Shown here in pieces: positions 9,540-18,762 of a stretch of 64,000 nucleotides of DNA (position 1 is the first letter of the stretch; the number at the start of each line of letters is the position of its first letter). The DNA is taken from NCBI GenBank assembly GCA_963668625.2, contig CAXXKA010000008.1:1152001-1216000 (forward strand), written 5' to 3'. The notes under the pieces are model-generated. The model saw only the letters and a program-made list of their open reading frames with translations, did no database searches and had not been told where the DNA came from. A program made the position numbers and the translations under genes. The stretch comes from an uncultured candidate division Zixibacteria bacterium. Lineage in GTDB: Bacteria; Zixibacteria; MSB-5A5; UBA10806; 4484-95.

Positions 9540-12500
9540 ATGCGAAAGCTTCAATCCATAAATGATTTCAAAGCCCTGCATTCACGCCTTATGAAAGACC
9601 GCGATCCGGATAAAACGACGGTGGTGATTTCGGCGGGCACTTGCGGGCAGGCCTCCGGGGCAAACGATATTATCAGTATCACCAAGCGCGAGATACTTAC
9701 CCGGGGCTTAACCGAGAGGATCAGTCTTCGTATAACCGGCTGTCATGGCTGGTGCGAGATTGAACCCTCGGTGCTGATCGAGCCTTATGGTACGCTCTAC
9801 CCCAACGTGACTATCGAGGGGATGGAGCGAATTATCGAGGCTGTCGATCAATCCAGAGTTATCGATGACTTGCTGTACGAGGATCCGGTTACCGGCAAGA
9901 AAATAGAGCGGGCCTGCGACACGCGATTCTACAAAAAGCAGGTAAGAACCCTGATGTCGCGAAACGAGAAAATCGATCCGATCCGAATATTCAATTACAT
10001 TTCAAACGGGGGTTATTCCTCATTGATGGCTGTTCTGGAAAAAAGCAATCCCGAATCGGTTATCGATGAGGTTAAGAAATCCGGTATTCGCGGTCGCGGT
10101 GGGGCGGGATTTCCCACCGGCGTGAAGTGGGAATTGCTTTCAAAGCAGAATTGTGACCGCGGCAAGTTCTTGGTTTGCAACGCCGATGAGGGCGACCCGG
10201 GCGCGTATATGGACCGCAGCCTGCTCGAGGGCAATCCTCATAGTATAATCGAGGGTATGCTCATAGGCGCTTACGCTACTGGCGCTACTAATGGGATAAT
10301 CTATGTTCGAGCCGAATATCCCCTGGCTATCAAGCATCTGGTAATTGCCTTAAGGCAAGCCGGTGAACTGGGACTGACAGGTAAAAATGTACTCGGAACT
10401 GATTTCTCATTCGATATCCAGTTATTCAGGGGTGCGGGCGCGTTCGTTTGCGGTGAGGAGACAGCTTTGATTGCCTCTATCGAAGGCAAGATGGGCGAGC
10501 CCCGCCAGAGGCCGCCGTTCCCGATCCAGAAGGGTATCGAGAACATGCCGACCGCCATTAACAATGTCGAGACCTGGGCTAATGTCCCGGTTATTATCAG
10601 TAAGGGCGGCGTCGGATTCGCAAAAACGGGCACCGAGGGTAACACCGGCACCAAGATATTCAGCTTGGTCGGTAAAGCCAGAAACACCGGCCTGGTTGAG
10701 GTTCCTCTGGGGATGAAAATCAGCGAAGTGGTGCACGAGATCGGCGGCGGGCCATCCGGTAATAAGAAAATAAAAGCTGTCCAGACAGGCGGCCCCTCGG
10801 GCGGATGCATTCCCGCCTCCCAGTTCGATTTACCTATCGACTACGACAATCTGGCCAAGGTCGGTACGATCATGGGATCGGGCGGTATGATTGTCATGGA
10901 TGAGTCGACCTGCATGGTTGATGTCGCTAAATATTTCATGAGCTTCTTGAAAGATGAATCGTGCGGCAAATGTTTCCCCTGCCGTAAAGGTACCCAGAGG
11001 ATGTATGAGATACTGGATGATATCAGCAAGGGGAAAGCCACGATGGCCGATCTCGATTTGCTGGAGGAGCTGGCGGCTGTCGTGAAAGACACCACGATGT
11101 GTGGCCTGGGGCAATCGGCGGCCAATCCGGTGTTGAGCACGTTGAGATATTTCAGGGACGAGTATATCGAGCATATCGTTAACAAGCGTTGTCCCGCCGG
11201 AGTATGCAAAGAGTTAACCGGTGCGCCCTGCCAGTCTGCCTGTCCGATAGATACCGAGGCCTGGCGCTACATAGCCCACATAGCTCACGGCGAATACGAG
11301 CAGGCTTACGCGGCGATTCGCGAGGCTAATCCGTTCCCCTCGGTATGTGCGCGCGTGTGTAACCATCCCTGCGAGCTTAACTGCCGAGCCGGCGCAATAG
11401 GCGGCGAGCCGATCTCGATCAGGTCATTAAAGAGGTTCGTGACCGACAGAGTCGAACCCTCAACATATGTACCGGTAATGATGAAAGAATCGAAAAAGAC
11501 AGCATCTAAAATAGCGATTGTCGGAGCCGGTCCTGCAGGTTTGACAGCAGCCCATTATCTCTCGCTAAAGGGATACCGGGTGTCGGTGTTCGAATCGGAA
11601 AGCAAGCCCGGCGGTATGATGTACACCGCTATTCCGGCCTATCGCTTACCGAGACAGGAATTGGATAAAGAGATCAACTCGATTTTAAATAATAATATTA
11701 CTTTAGAATGTAATAAAACCCTGGGAAAAGATATTACTGTTGATAGTCTGCTCGGCGATGGATTCAAGTCGGTGTTTTTAGCTTTAGGAGCACATAAGAG
11801 CAGGCCGCTTCAGATTGAGGGTGAGGATGTCGAGGGTGTTTATCCCTCCATTAAATTCCTCAGAGATTTCAATGTGTCCGGTAAAAGCGGCTTAAGCGGT
11901 TCGGTTGGCATAATCGGTGGCGGTAACTCCGCTATTGATGCTGCCCGGGTGGCAATTCGTCAGGAAGATGTCAGAGAGGTCACGATACTCTACCGTCGCA
12001 CACGACTGGAGATGCCGGCTTATGCGGAGGAGATAGAGGCTGCGCTCGAGGAGGGTATAAAACTCATCACGCTGGCTACACCTAAACGCATAGTGGCGAC
12101 CCACGGCAAAATAGCCGGTATCGAGTGCTTGAAAAACGAGCTTGGCGAGCCTGATAGCTCCGGCCGCCGCCGCCCGGTACCTATCGAAGGCAGCGAGTTT
12201 ATAATCTCGCTTGACGCGCTGGTGGTGGCTATCAGTGAAAGCTCCGATATCGACTGCCTGACCGTAGCCGGTTCGAGTGCGATCGATACCGACTCGAAAC
12301 GCGGTATCGTAATCGTAGATAAAGACACGCTGGCCACCAACCGTCCCGGTGTATTCGCCGGCGGTGATTTGGTGACCGGTCCCAATACGATCGTTGATGC
12401 TATAGCCGCCGGTAAGAAAGCCGCTGTGATGATAGACCGCTATATCAAAGGCGAGGAGCTAAAGCAAGCACCGATTGTCAGATTGCCCGATAAATTCATT

Positions 12501-12722
12501 CCGCCGGTCGAGGTTGTCTCGAATGACACTCAAGATGCCGGTCGGGTCGAAAACCCGAGAGTACCCGTTGATTCCCGTAAGGCTGATTTCTCCGAGGTCG
12601 AGATTTCGCTAACCGAGGAGCAAGCCCGTTATGAGGCCTGCCGTTGTTTGAGATGCGACCTGGAGTTCACCGCGCCGCAAGAGGAGGAACAAGCAGAAAC
12701 AGCGGAGGAGAGGATAGCATGA
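9540..12722 (+). CDS. NuoF/HydB (BfuB)-like FMN/NADH subunit fused to a GltD/NfnB-like FAD/NADPH module
   Basis: RGRGGAGFPTG, NADEGDPGAYMDR, GGPSGG, SCGKCFPCR..CGLG, H..KRCPAGVC; then PCQSACP, CARVCNHPCELNC, GAGPAG, GGGNSA, YRR, FAGGD, EACRCLRC. Confidence 0.92.
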   Translation: MRKLQSINDFKALHSRLMKDRDPDKTTVVISAGTCGQASGANDIISITKREILTRGLTERISLRITGCHGWCEIEPSVLIEPYGTLYPNVTIEGMERIIEAVDQSRVIDDLLYEDPVTGKKIERACDTRFYKKQVRTLMSRNEKIDPIRIFNYISNGGYSSLMAVLEKSNPESVIDEVKKSGIRGRGGAGFPTGVKWELLSKQNCDRGKFLVCNADEGDPGAYMDRSLLEGNPHSIIEGMLIGAYATGATNGIIYVRAEYPLAIKHLVIALRQAGELGLTGKNVLGTDFSFDIQLFRGAGAFVCGEETALIASIEGKMGEPRQRPPFPIQKGIENMPTAINNVETWANVPVIISKGGVGFAKTGTEGNTGTKIFSLVGKARNTGLVEVPLGMKISEVVHEIGGGPSGNKKIKAVQTGGPSGGCIPASQFDLPIDYDNLAKVGTIMGSGGMIVMDESTCMVDVAKYFMSFLKDESCGKCFPCRKGTQRMYEILDDISKGKATMADLDLLEELAAVVKDTTMCGLGQSAANPVLSTLRYFRDEYIEHIVNKRCPAGVCKELTGAPCQSACPIDTEAWRYIAHIAHGEYEQAYAAIREANPFPSVCARVCNHPCELNCRAGAIGGEPISIRSLKRFVTDRVEPSTYVPVMMKESKKTASKIAIVGAGPAGLTAAHYLSLKGYRVSVFESESKPGGMMYTAIPAYRLPRQELDKEINSILNNNITLECNKTLGKDITVDSLLGDGFKSVFLALGAHKSRPLQIEGEDVEGVYPSIKFLRDFNVSGKSGLSGSVGIIGGGNSAIDAARVAIRQEDVREVTILYRRTRLEMPAYAEEIEAALEEGIKLITLATPKRIVATHGKIAGIECLKNELGEPDSSGRRRPVPIEGSEFIISLDALVVAISESSDIDCLTVAGSSAIDTDSKRGIVIVDKDTLATNRPGVFAGGDLVTGPNTIVDAIAAGKKAAVMIDRYIKGEELKQAPIVRLPDKFIPPVEVVSNDTQDAGRVENPRVPVDSRKADFSEVEISLTEEQARYEACRCLRCDLEFTAPQEEEQAETAEERIA

Positions 12723-13396
12723 TTAATTTCAAACTAAACGGCCTTGATGTTTCAGTCGAGGAGGGTAGCACTCTACTGGAGGCGGCCCGGTTTTATGGTT
12801 TCCCGATTCCGACTCTCTGTCACATGGAGGGATTGTCTCCATACGGCGCTTGCCGTTTATGTGTGGTCGAAATCGGTGAGGCTCCGCGTTCCAAACTCGT
12901 TAGCTCGTGCACTTATCCGGCCGAGGAAGGTCTTGTAGTTAGAACAGCTTCCAGCCGGGTGCTCAAAGCGCGCAGGATGATTTTAGAACTTCTACTGGCT
13001 TCGTGCCCACAATCGAAAGTCATCCAGGATATCGCCTCGGAGCATAGAATTACCGAGCAGAGGTTCAAGCAGGAGCATGAGGACTGTATCCTGTGTGGAC
13101 TATGCGTGAGGATGTGCGAGGAACAAATGGTAGCCAAGGCCATCGGTTTCCGAGGCAGGGGTGAGAACAGGAGTATCGGTACGCCGTTCGATATGAACTC
13201 GGAAGTTTGTCGCACTTGCGGTGGATGTGTCTATGTCTGCCCGGCCTGCTCATTGAGATGTACCTACACGCAGCCCGATAAAGCTATTTGCGGCGGCTGC
13301 GCCAATTTGAGGCCGCCCTGTGTCGAGAAAGAGCAATTCGATGACATGATGTGCTATATGGAGCCATGCGTAGCCTGTGAAATCAAAAAAGATTAA
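12719..13396 (+). CDS. NuoG/HydA N-terminal-like Fe-S subunit (minimal BfuA, no catalytic domain)
   Basis: IPTLC..GACRLCVVE..SC [2Fe-2S], CILCGLCVRMC and CRTCGGCVYVCP. ATG 12719 overlaps the upstream TGA and follows GGAGAGGA. Confidence 0.88.
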   Translation: MINFKLNGLDVSVEEGSTLLEAARFYGFPIPTLCHMEGLSPYGACRLCVVEIGEAPRSKLVSSCTYPAEEGLVVRTASSRVLKARRMILELLLASCPQSKVIQDIASEHRITEQRFKQEHEDCILCGLCVRMCEEQMVAKAIGFRGRGENRSIGTPFDMNSEVCRTCGGCVYVCPACSLRCTYTQPDKAICGGCANLRPPCVEKEQFDDMMCYMEPCVACEIKKD

Positions 13397-13423
13397 GTAT
13401 AGAATTTATGGAGGATCAATAAA

Positions 13424-15013
13424 ATGTCGGTAACATTCTCACGAGTTAACTCATCAGCAGCCACCCTCTCGAAAAACAGAACCGAGGGGTCGGTCACTCC
13501 GAATTCGGGGATGTGTGTCACCTGTGTTGACGGCTGCATCGGTATGTGCGAAATCGGCAAATCGGCTTATCGCGGCCACGAGGTTATTTACCCTCAACCG
13601 TTCGGTGTTATCACAACCGCCTCGGAAAAAGTATATCCCGTTGATTACTCTCATTTCAATATTCAGGGCGGTGTTATAGGCGCCCAGGGGATAGAACCCG
13701 ATAGCGATAAAGCGATTTTTCCGAATGTCAACCTCGAGGTGAAATTCGGTCATGACGGTGGCCTGAAATTCAAGTTACCGTGGATCATCCCGGGTATCGG
13801 TTCGACCGATATCGCCAAAAATAACTGGGAGGGATTAGCTATCGGCACGGCCCTGGCCGGTACCGGCCTGACAATCGGTGAAAACGTGGTCGGTATGGAT
13901 CTCGAATCGGTACTCAAGAAGGGTAAGGTAGTAGATACGGTTGATTTGAAGCGTCGCATCAAACTATTCAAAGACTATCAGCGCGATGGCTACGGTGCTA
14001 TCATAGTTCAGGCCAATGTCGAGGATACTCGTTTAGGCGTTCAGGAATATGCGATCAATCAACTCGGTGTCGATGTGGTCGAGATGAAATGGGGACAGGG
14101 CGCGAAGAACATAGGCGGCGAAGTAAAAATCCGCGACCTGAAAAAAGCCCAGATACTATACGAGCGTGGTTATGTAGTGCTGCCCAATCCCACGGATCCC
14201 AATGTAATCAAAGCTTATGAACGTGGCGCGTTCAAAGAATTCGAGCGCCACTCGCGTATCGGTATGGTTTCCGAGGAATCTTTCGCCCAGCGTGTCGATG
14301 AGCTTCGCAAAGCAGGCGCTAAGTACGTGTTCCTGAAAACCGGCGCGTACCGCCCGCTCGATTTAGCTCGCGCGGTCAAATATGCCTCCAAATACAAAAT
14401 CGACTTACTCACGGTCGACGGCGCAGGCGGCGGTACGGGTATGAGTCCGTGGCGTATGATGAACGAGTGGGGCGTTCCTCCGGTCGAGCTTCATTCGCTA
14501 CTCTACCAGTATTGTAAGAAAATGCACGATATGGGTGAGCACGTCCCTGCCGTAGCTGTTGCCGGTGGTTTCACTTTCGAGGATCAGATATTCAAAGGCC
14601 TGGCTATGGGCGCGCCGTTTGTCAAGCTGGTCGGTATGGCTCGCGGACCGATCGCTGCCGCTATGGTCGGCAAGACTATCGGCAAAACCATCGCGGAGCA
14701 TCAGATACCTGTTTATGTCGAGAGATTCGGCCACACCAAGGATGAAATATTCGTGACGGCGGCCGATTTACGAAAAGAACTGGGTGATGACGAGTTCGAG
14801 AGCCTGCCTACCGGGGCTATCGGGCTTTATACGTATTACGAGAGGCTGGCACAGGGCCTTCGCCAGTTAATGTGCGGCGCTCGCAAGTTCAATATGGATA
14901 AATTGTCTCGTGATGACCTGGCCTGCCTTACTCCTGAAGCCGCCAGAATCAGCGGTATAGATTATATCATGGATAAGGATAAAGAAGAGGCCGAGGCCTT
15001 ATTGAAGGGTTAA
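13424..15013 (+). CDS. Stand-alone FMN-binding glutamate synthase family protein
   Basis: EMKWGQGAKNIGGE, LKTG, TVDGAGGGTG, AGG..QIFKGLAMGA; N-terminal CxxCxxxCxxxC; no amidotransferase domain. Confidence 0.88.
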   Translation: MSVTFSRVNSSAATLSKNRTEGSVTPNSGMCVTCVDGCIGMCEIGKSAYRGHEVIYPQPFGVITTASEKVYPVDYSHFNIQGGVIGAQGIEPDSDKAIFPNVNLEVKFGHDGGLKFKLPWIIPGIGSTDIAKNNWEGLAIGTALAGTGLTIGENVVGMDLESVLKKGKVVDTVDLKRRIKLFKDYQRDGYGAIIVQANVEDTRLGVQEYAINQLGVDVVEMKWGQGAKNIGGEVKIRDLKKAQILYERGYVVLPNPTDPNVIKAYERGAFKEFERHSRIGMVSEESFAQRVDELRKAGAKYVFLKTGAYRPLDLARAVKYASKYKIDLLTVDGAGGGTGMSPWRMMNEWGVPPVELHSLLYQYCKKMHDMGEHVPAVAVAGGFTFEDQIFKGLAMGAPFVKLVGMARGPIAAAMVGKTIGKTIAEHQIPVYVERFGHTKDEIFVTAADLRKELGDDEFESLPTGAIGLYTYYERLAQGLRQLMCGARKFNMDKLSRDDLACLTPEAARISGIDYIMDKDKEEAEALLKG

Positions 15014-15053
15014 TTGAATCACCATAAATAACCCGTCTCTGTTTTTTTAAGCT

Positions 15054-15083
15054 GCCCCGATTCACCCGAATCGGGGCTTTTTT
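15054..15083 (+). terminator. Intrinsic terminator closing the 4-gene oxidoreductase operon
   Basis: GCCCCGATTC-ACCC-GAATCGGGGC followed by T6. Confidence 0.85.
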
Positions 15084-15140
15084 ATTGCTTAATAGTAAAC
15101 AATTGTTTATCAAATGACGTATTAGTATGAGAGGATAAAG

Positions 15141-15644
15141 ATGCCCTGGTTTGAGATAGTTTATTTTTCATTAGCCATCATAATCATGCTCATTGGTATG
15201 GGCGGTATAATCCTGCCGTTTATCCCCGGTGTACCGTTAATATTGGCGGCCGCTATCGCTTATGGAGCCTTAACCGGTTTTGTCGATATCGACGGCAACC
15301 TGCTTTTGATATTCACCGGGTTAACGATCATCTCCCTGATACTTGATTACCTGGCGACTATGCTGGGTGTCAAGAAAATGGGAGGTTCCAACCTGGGCAT
15401 GCTGGGGGCGCTTCTGGGTATGGTCGCCGGACTGCTTATTCCCGGCGTGGGGATTTTCGGATTCATAATAGGCGCGTTTTTGGGGGCATTCCTGTTCGAG
15501 ATCATACTGGGCAAAACCAGCAAGGATGCTTTACGAAGCGGGCTGGGAAGTTTTATAGGATTTCTGCTCGGAGGGCTGTTGCGATTCGTAATCGGAGCGG
15601 TTATGATCGGGATGTTCGTGTATCGCGTGTTGTTTTATCCTTAA
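15141..15644 (+). CDS. DUF456 (YqgC-like) membrane protein
   Basis: GIILPFIPG, K.MGGS..G..GA..G, Gly-rich transmembrane helices. Confidence 0.85.
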   Translation: MPWFEIVYFSLAIIIMLIGMGGIILPFIPGVPLILAAAIAYGALTGFVDIDGNLLLIFTGLTIISLILDYLATMLGVKKMGGSNLGMLGALLGMVAGLLIPGVGIFGFIIGAFLGAFLFEIILGKTSKDALRSGLGSFIGFLLGGLLRFVIGAVMIGMFVYRVLFYP

Positions 15645-15796
15645 CGTATCTCCAGCGGTATATTACGTTCTTTCTTTTTCAATGCCCGGTGAATTAGCTA
15701 CAGTCTGGTCGACATTTATTCCATACCGAATAATCCGATAATACATACCGGTTTTCACTGCATTAAAATAGACTGGTAACGTGCGACAACATTTTA

Positions 15797-16861
15797 CTAA
15801 TCATCCTCGCCGCGTTTTAAAAAATCCTCGAGCAGTTTTCTGCGGGTTTCCAGGTTGGTGATTTGCTTTTGGACTATCTCGCACTTCTTCTCATCGCTTT
15901 CCTCGACTAACCTGGCTTTCAATTGCTCGATCTCAATAGCGGCATTTTCGTATTTCTCTTTCAGCTTCTCCCGGCTCTCCGCTTGCTCGGCTTTATCGAA
16001 CAGCTTGGATTCCGGAGCGGCCTCGGCCTTAACCTCCGCAGTAGTCGCCTTACGTTCTGCTTTCGGAATAAACGGCTTATCCGGTGGGATGTTACGGGTG
16101 TTCATGAAATTCGGCGAGACTATCTCGATACCCGCCTCATGAAGCTTATCGAGCATCATACAATGAAGACGCGAGCGAGTACTGATTACCTGTTTTACTT
16201 CGGTTAGAAGGCCGGCGACTCGGTAAGTTATGGAAAAATCGCCTAATTCTTGAATATGGATGAACGGATCTGTCAGCTCGGCGGCTTTAGCGGCCTCGAT
16301 CAATGCTCGCTCGATTTTCGTGCGAGTGATATCATAGCCCAGAGATACCGTGGCGGAAATGAAAGTGCCGGATGAGCGAATTACTTTAACCGGGTTAGTT
16401 ACCAGATATAAGTTCGGTAAAGTCGTCAGGTCACGATCCTCATTCTGTATCTCTACATGAAAAAGCCCCTGCTCTGATATCCGGCCGAAATATTCTCCTA
16501 CCCGGATAAAGTCGCCCGAGCGAAAACCCCGTATCACACGAAGCATCAAACCGGCCATGGCATTGCCTAAAAGCGTAGTAGAGGACAACGCGATGGCCGC
16601 GCTCATGAGTATTCCTATAAGGCTCAGGAGGGAACCGCGTGATGAATCCGATATCGGCAACACCAGAATAACAGCCAACAGCGCTCCGAAAGTAAGCAGT
16701 AGCATAACCACCTGAAAACGAAGCTTCTTATCCGAAACGAATGAAAACCTCTTTTCGAAGAAGAATTTGAAACCGAACAGAACAATAACTGATATGCATA
16801 ACGCAATGACGGCGGGTATGAAATCTCTTAAATGATGCCAGAATGCCAGCAGAATATCCAT
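15797..16861 (-). CDS. MscS-family mechanosensitive channel protein
   Basis: Three TM helices, LGNAMAG..FRSGDFIRVG..G.I, LPN, coiled-coil tail. Confidence 0.85.
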   Translation of the reverse strand: MDILLAFWHHLRDFIPAVIALCISVIVLFGFKFFFEKRFSFVSDKKLRFQVVMLLLTFGALLAVILVLPISDSSRGSLLSLIGILMSAAIALSSTTLLGNAMAGLMLRVIRGFRSGDFIRVGEYFGRISEQGLFHVEIQNEDRDLTTLPNLYLVTNPVKVIRSSGTFISATVSLGYDITRTKIERALIEAAKAAELTDPFIHIQELGDFSITYRVAGLLTEVKQVISTRSRLHCMMLDKLHEAGIEIVSPNFMNTRNIPPDKPFIPKAERKATTAEVKAEAAPESKLFDKAEQAESREKLKEKYENAAIEIEQLKARLVEESDEKKCEIVQKQITNLETRRKLLEDFLKRGEDD

Positions 16862-16924
16862 TACTTTTCCTATTTGCTTTATCTATCTACTTATTACTTT
16901 CGGCAGATAGATAAATCAAGCAAT

Positions 16925-16955
16925 AAAAAACGGGCGCCCCCTAAGCACCCGTTTT
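16925..16955 (-). terminator. Probable terminator after the disulfide oxidoreductase gene
   Basis: AAAAAACGGGCGC...GCACCCGTTTT hairpin. Confidence 0.55.
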
Positions 16956-17063
16956 ATCGGAAAGCATTTGCCCCACAAAACTATTTTACTCTTCAGTCAT
17001 GTCCGCTTTTTGTTTATACCATAAATTAGTTTCGCTTTTCAATTCTTTTTTGGAATAATAATG

Positions 17064-17708
17064 CTATTTTTCCATAGCTTTTTTTATAGTATCAATAACC
17101 ATTCTTTCGGGCGCGGCTCCCTCAATCGGGGTTTCATCATTAATGACAGTGCGCGGAACCCCCTGAACGCTGTACTTATTGGAAAGATGTGGAAACTCTA
17201 TCGCCTCGTATGCCTCCGCGGTAACCATCGGCGATTCATAAGCCATCTGAAATGCCATTCTGACAGTTGGCGCGCAGTACGGGCAGGTCGGGGTAACGAA
17301 TACTTTCAGGTTAACAGGCTCTTTCAAGTCTTTGAGGAAATCTTTAGTATCTTGAGATAAACCGGAGTCTCCCGAGGATATCATCTTGATAGTCTCCAGG
17401 ATCGTGGCGAACTCGTATCCCGAGGGTATGCCGTAGAATTTTATTCCCCTGTCGTTATCGCCCATCAGTATAGTCGAGGGAATGTGCTCCACATTATACT
17501 TTTTGACAATCTCTTTATCGTTGACGAAATCATAAACCTCAGACTCGACCTTGTCCGATAATTGCCCCAATTCCTTTACCAGCTCACTGGTTTCCTTGCA
17601 GAACTGACACTCCATTTCCTGAGAAAAATTAATCATTTTAACCGGCTGATTTAGCCCCTCGAGTTGCTTGGTGATGACCGCTCTGTCGCTATCCTGAATT
17701 ATTGACAT
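17064..17708 (-). CDS. Protein disulfide oxidoreductase (two thioredoxin folds, AhpF-NTD-like)
   Basis: CQFC and CPYC active sites, GIPSGYEF, VQGVP. Confidence 0.9.
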   Translation of the reverse strand: MSIIQDSDRAVITKQLEGLNQPVKMINFSQEMECQFCKETSELVKELGQLSDKVESEVYDFVNDKEIVKKYNVEHIPSTILMGDNDRGIKFYGIPSGYEFATILETIKMISSGDSGLSQDTKDFLKDLKEPVNLKVFVTPTCPYCAPTVRMAFQMAYESPMVTAEAYEAIEFPHLSNKYSVQGVPRTVINDETPIEGAAPERMVIDTIKKAMEK

Positions 17709-17843
17709 TTCTCCTCCTTCATTACTCAGATTTGATAAAAATATAACTACATGGAGGACATCATAGTTTCTTTTGGGATAATTTTAGTGATTATTGGTAA
17801 AATATACTTGTTTATAAGGGGATCAGGTTGTTATAATCATCAT

Positions 17844-18647
17844 ATGGAAACAAAAGAGAAAAATAAAATCAGGAAATTATATTTTGATGTCAAGCCTATT
17901 CAGGATGAATTTCCGATTACGCGCAAAGATTTGACAATTGCGTTACGCTACGAAAATGTAACGAACTCCAGTATCATGGAATACGACTTTATCGATCCGA
18001 TCTTTATCCAGACCATGCTTTACCGGGGTAACATCAAGGTCAAAGAACATTTTTCCCTGGTTTACAGGAAAATCGCCCGCGAGGTGATCGGCCTGGATCT
18101 GATGCTTCGCCACCTCGAGAAAATCGCTCCCAAGAAATCCGATCTCTCGGTATCTCTGATTCTCAAACTTCACAGCCTGATTTTCGACAGCAGTTGGCCC
18201 GATATAGCAGGCAAATTCCGTGATTGTGATGTTCGTATACGCGGTATAAAAGCCCGCCCGCCACACCCGTCACAAGTATCATCTCTCACTTATCAGCATC
18301 TTGGCTGGGTAGATGGTTTAATGAAACTGCTGGGGCCGGTAACAGAAAGCAATTTCTTCGAGATTTTTCATGTTTCAGCGGATATTCATTACCGCTTGAT
18401 AGAGACCTATCCATTCCGTTCGGGCAACTGGCGTATAGCCCGAGCTCTGTCGAATTATGTATTCCAAAACTGTGGCATGTTCCCCAATGTAATCGATTTC
18501 GACAAACGCGCCGACTACCTCGAGGCTGTCGGCAACTCGACCCTTACTGCTTTAGAACCGCTGGTAGAATTCTTGCTGGCTAACTATTATGAGACTATTA
18601 TTAAAGTTAAGGGATTTCTCGAACTGATTAAAAACGAGGCAGAATAG
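17844..18647 (+). CDS. Fic/Doc family protein with a degenerate catalytic motif
   Basis: ILKLH..I, AGKFR..DVRI, PP.P; motif YPFRSGNWRIAR versus canonical HPFxDGNGRxxR. Start taken at the ATG 6 nt after TGnTATAAT. Confidence 0.8.
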   Translation: METKEKNKIRKLYFDVKPIQDEFPITRKDLTIALRYENVTNSSIMEYDFIDPIFIQTMLYRGNIKVKEHFSLVYRKIAREVIGLDLMLRHLEKIAPKKSDLSVSLILKLHSLIFDSSWPDIAGKFRDCDVRIRGIKARPPHPSQVSSLTYQHLGWVDGLMKLLGPVTESNFFEIFHVSADIHYRLIETYPFRSGNWRIARALSNYVFQNCGMFPNVIDFDKRADYLEAVGNSTLTALEPLVEFLLANYYETIIKVKGFLELIKNEAE

Positions 18648-18705
18648 CCCGGTAGCGCTCCAACCTGTTAAACATGAACCATTAACTTTTAAATATATTG
18701 AATTA

Positions 18706-18732
18706 TCAATTGCTTGGTATTTATGCCGATAG
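18706..18732 (+). promoter_or_regulatory. Sigma28 (FliA/WhiG)-like promoter
   Basis: TCAA-N15-GCCGATAG, 30 nt upstream of the oxoamine synthase gene. Confidence 0.5.
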
Positions 18733-18762
18733 TCAAGTATGTAATAACTCAAGCTGGAGTCA

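Noticed and set aside
8662-13396. Respiratory complex I or a hydrogenase
   Set aside because: No membrane nuo subunits and no H-cluster or NiFe motifs.
15715-15741. Fifth sigma28-like site TTTA-N15-TCCGATAA
   Set aside because: Weaker -35 match, and it points antisense into the mscS 3' end, so it may be chance.
8662-17708. Selenocysteine read-through in redox genes
   Set aside because: The CxxC and Fe-S motifs are complete with Cys, and the TGA at 12720-12722 is explained by the ATGA overlap.
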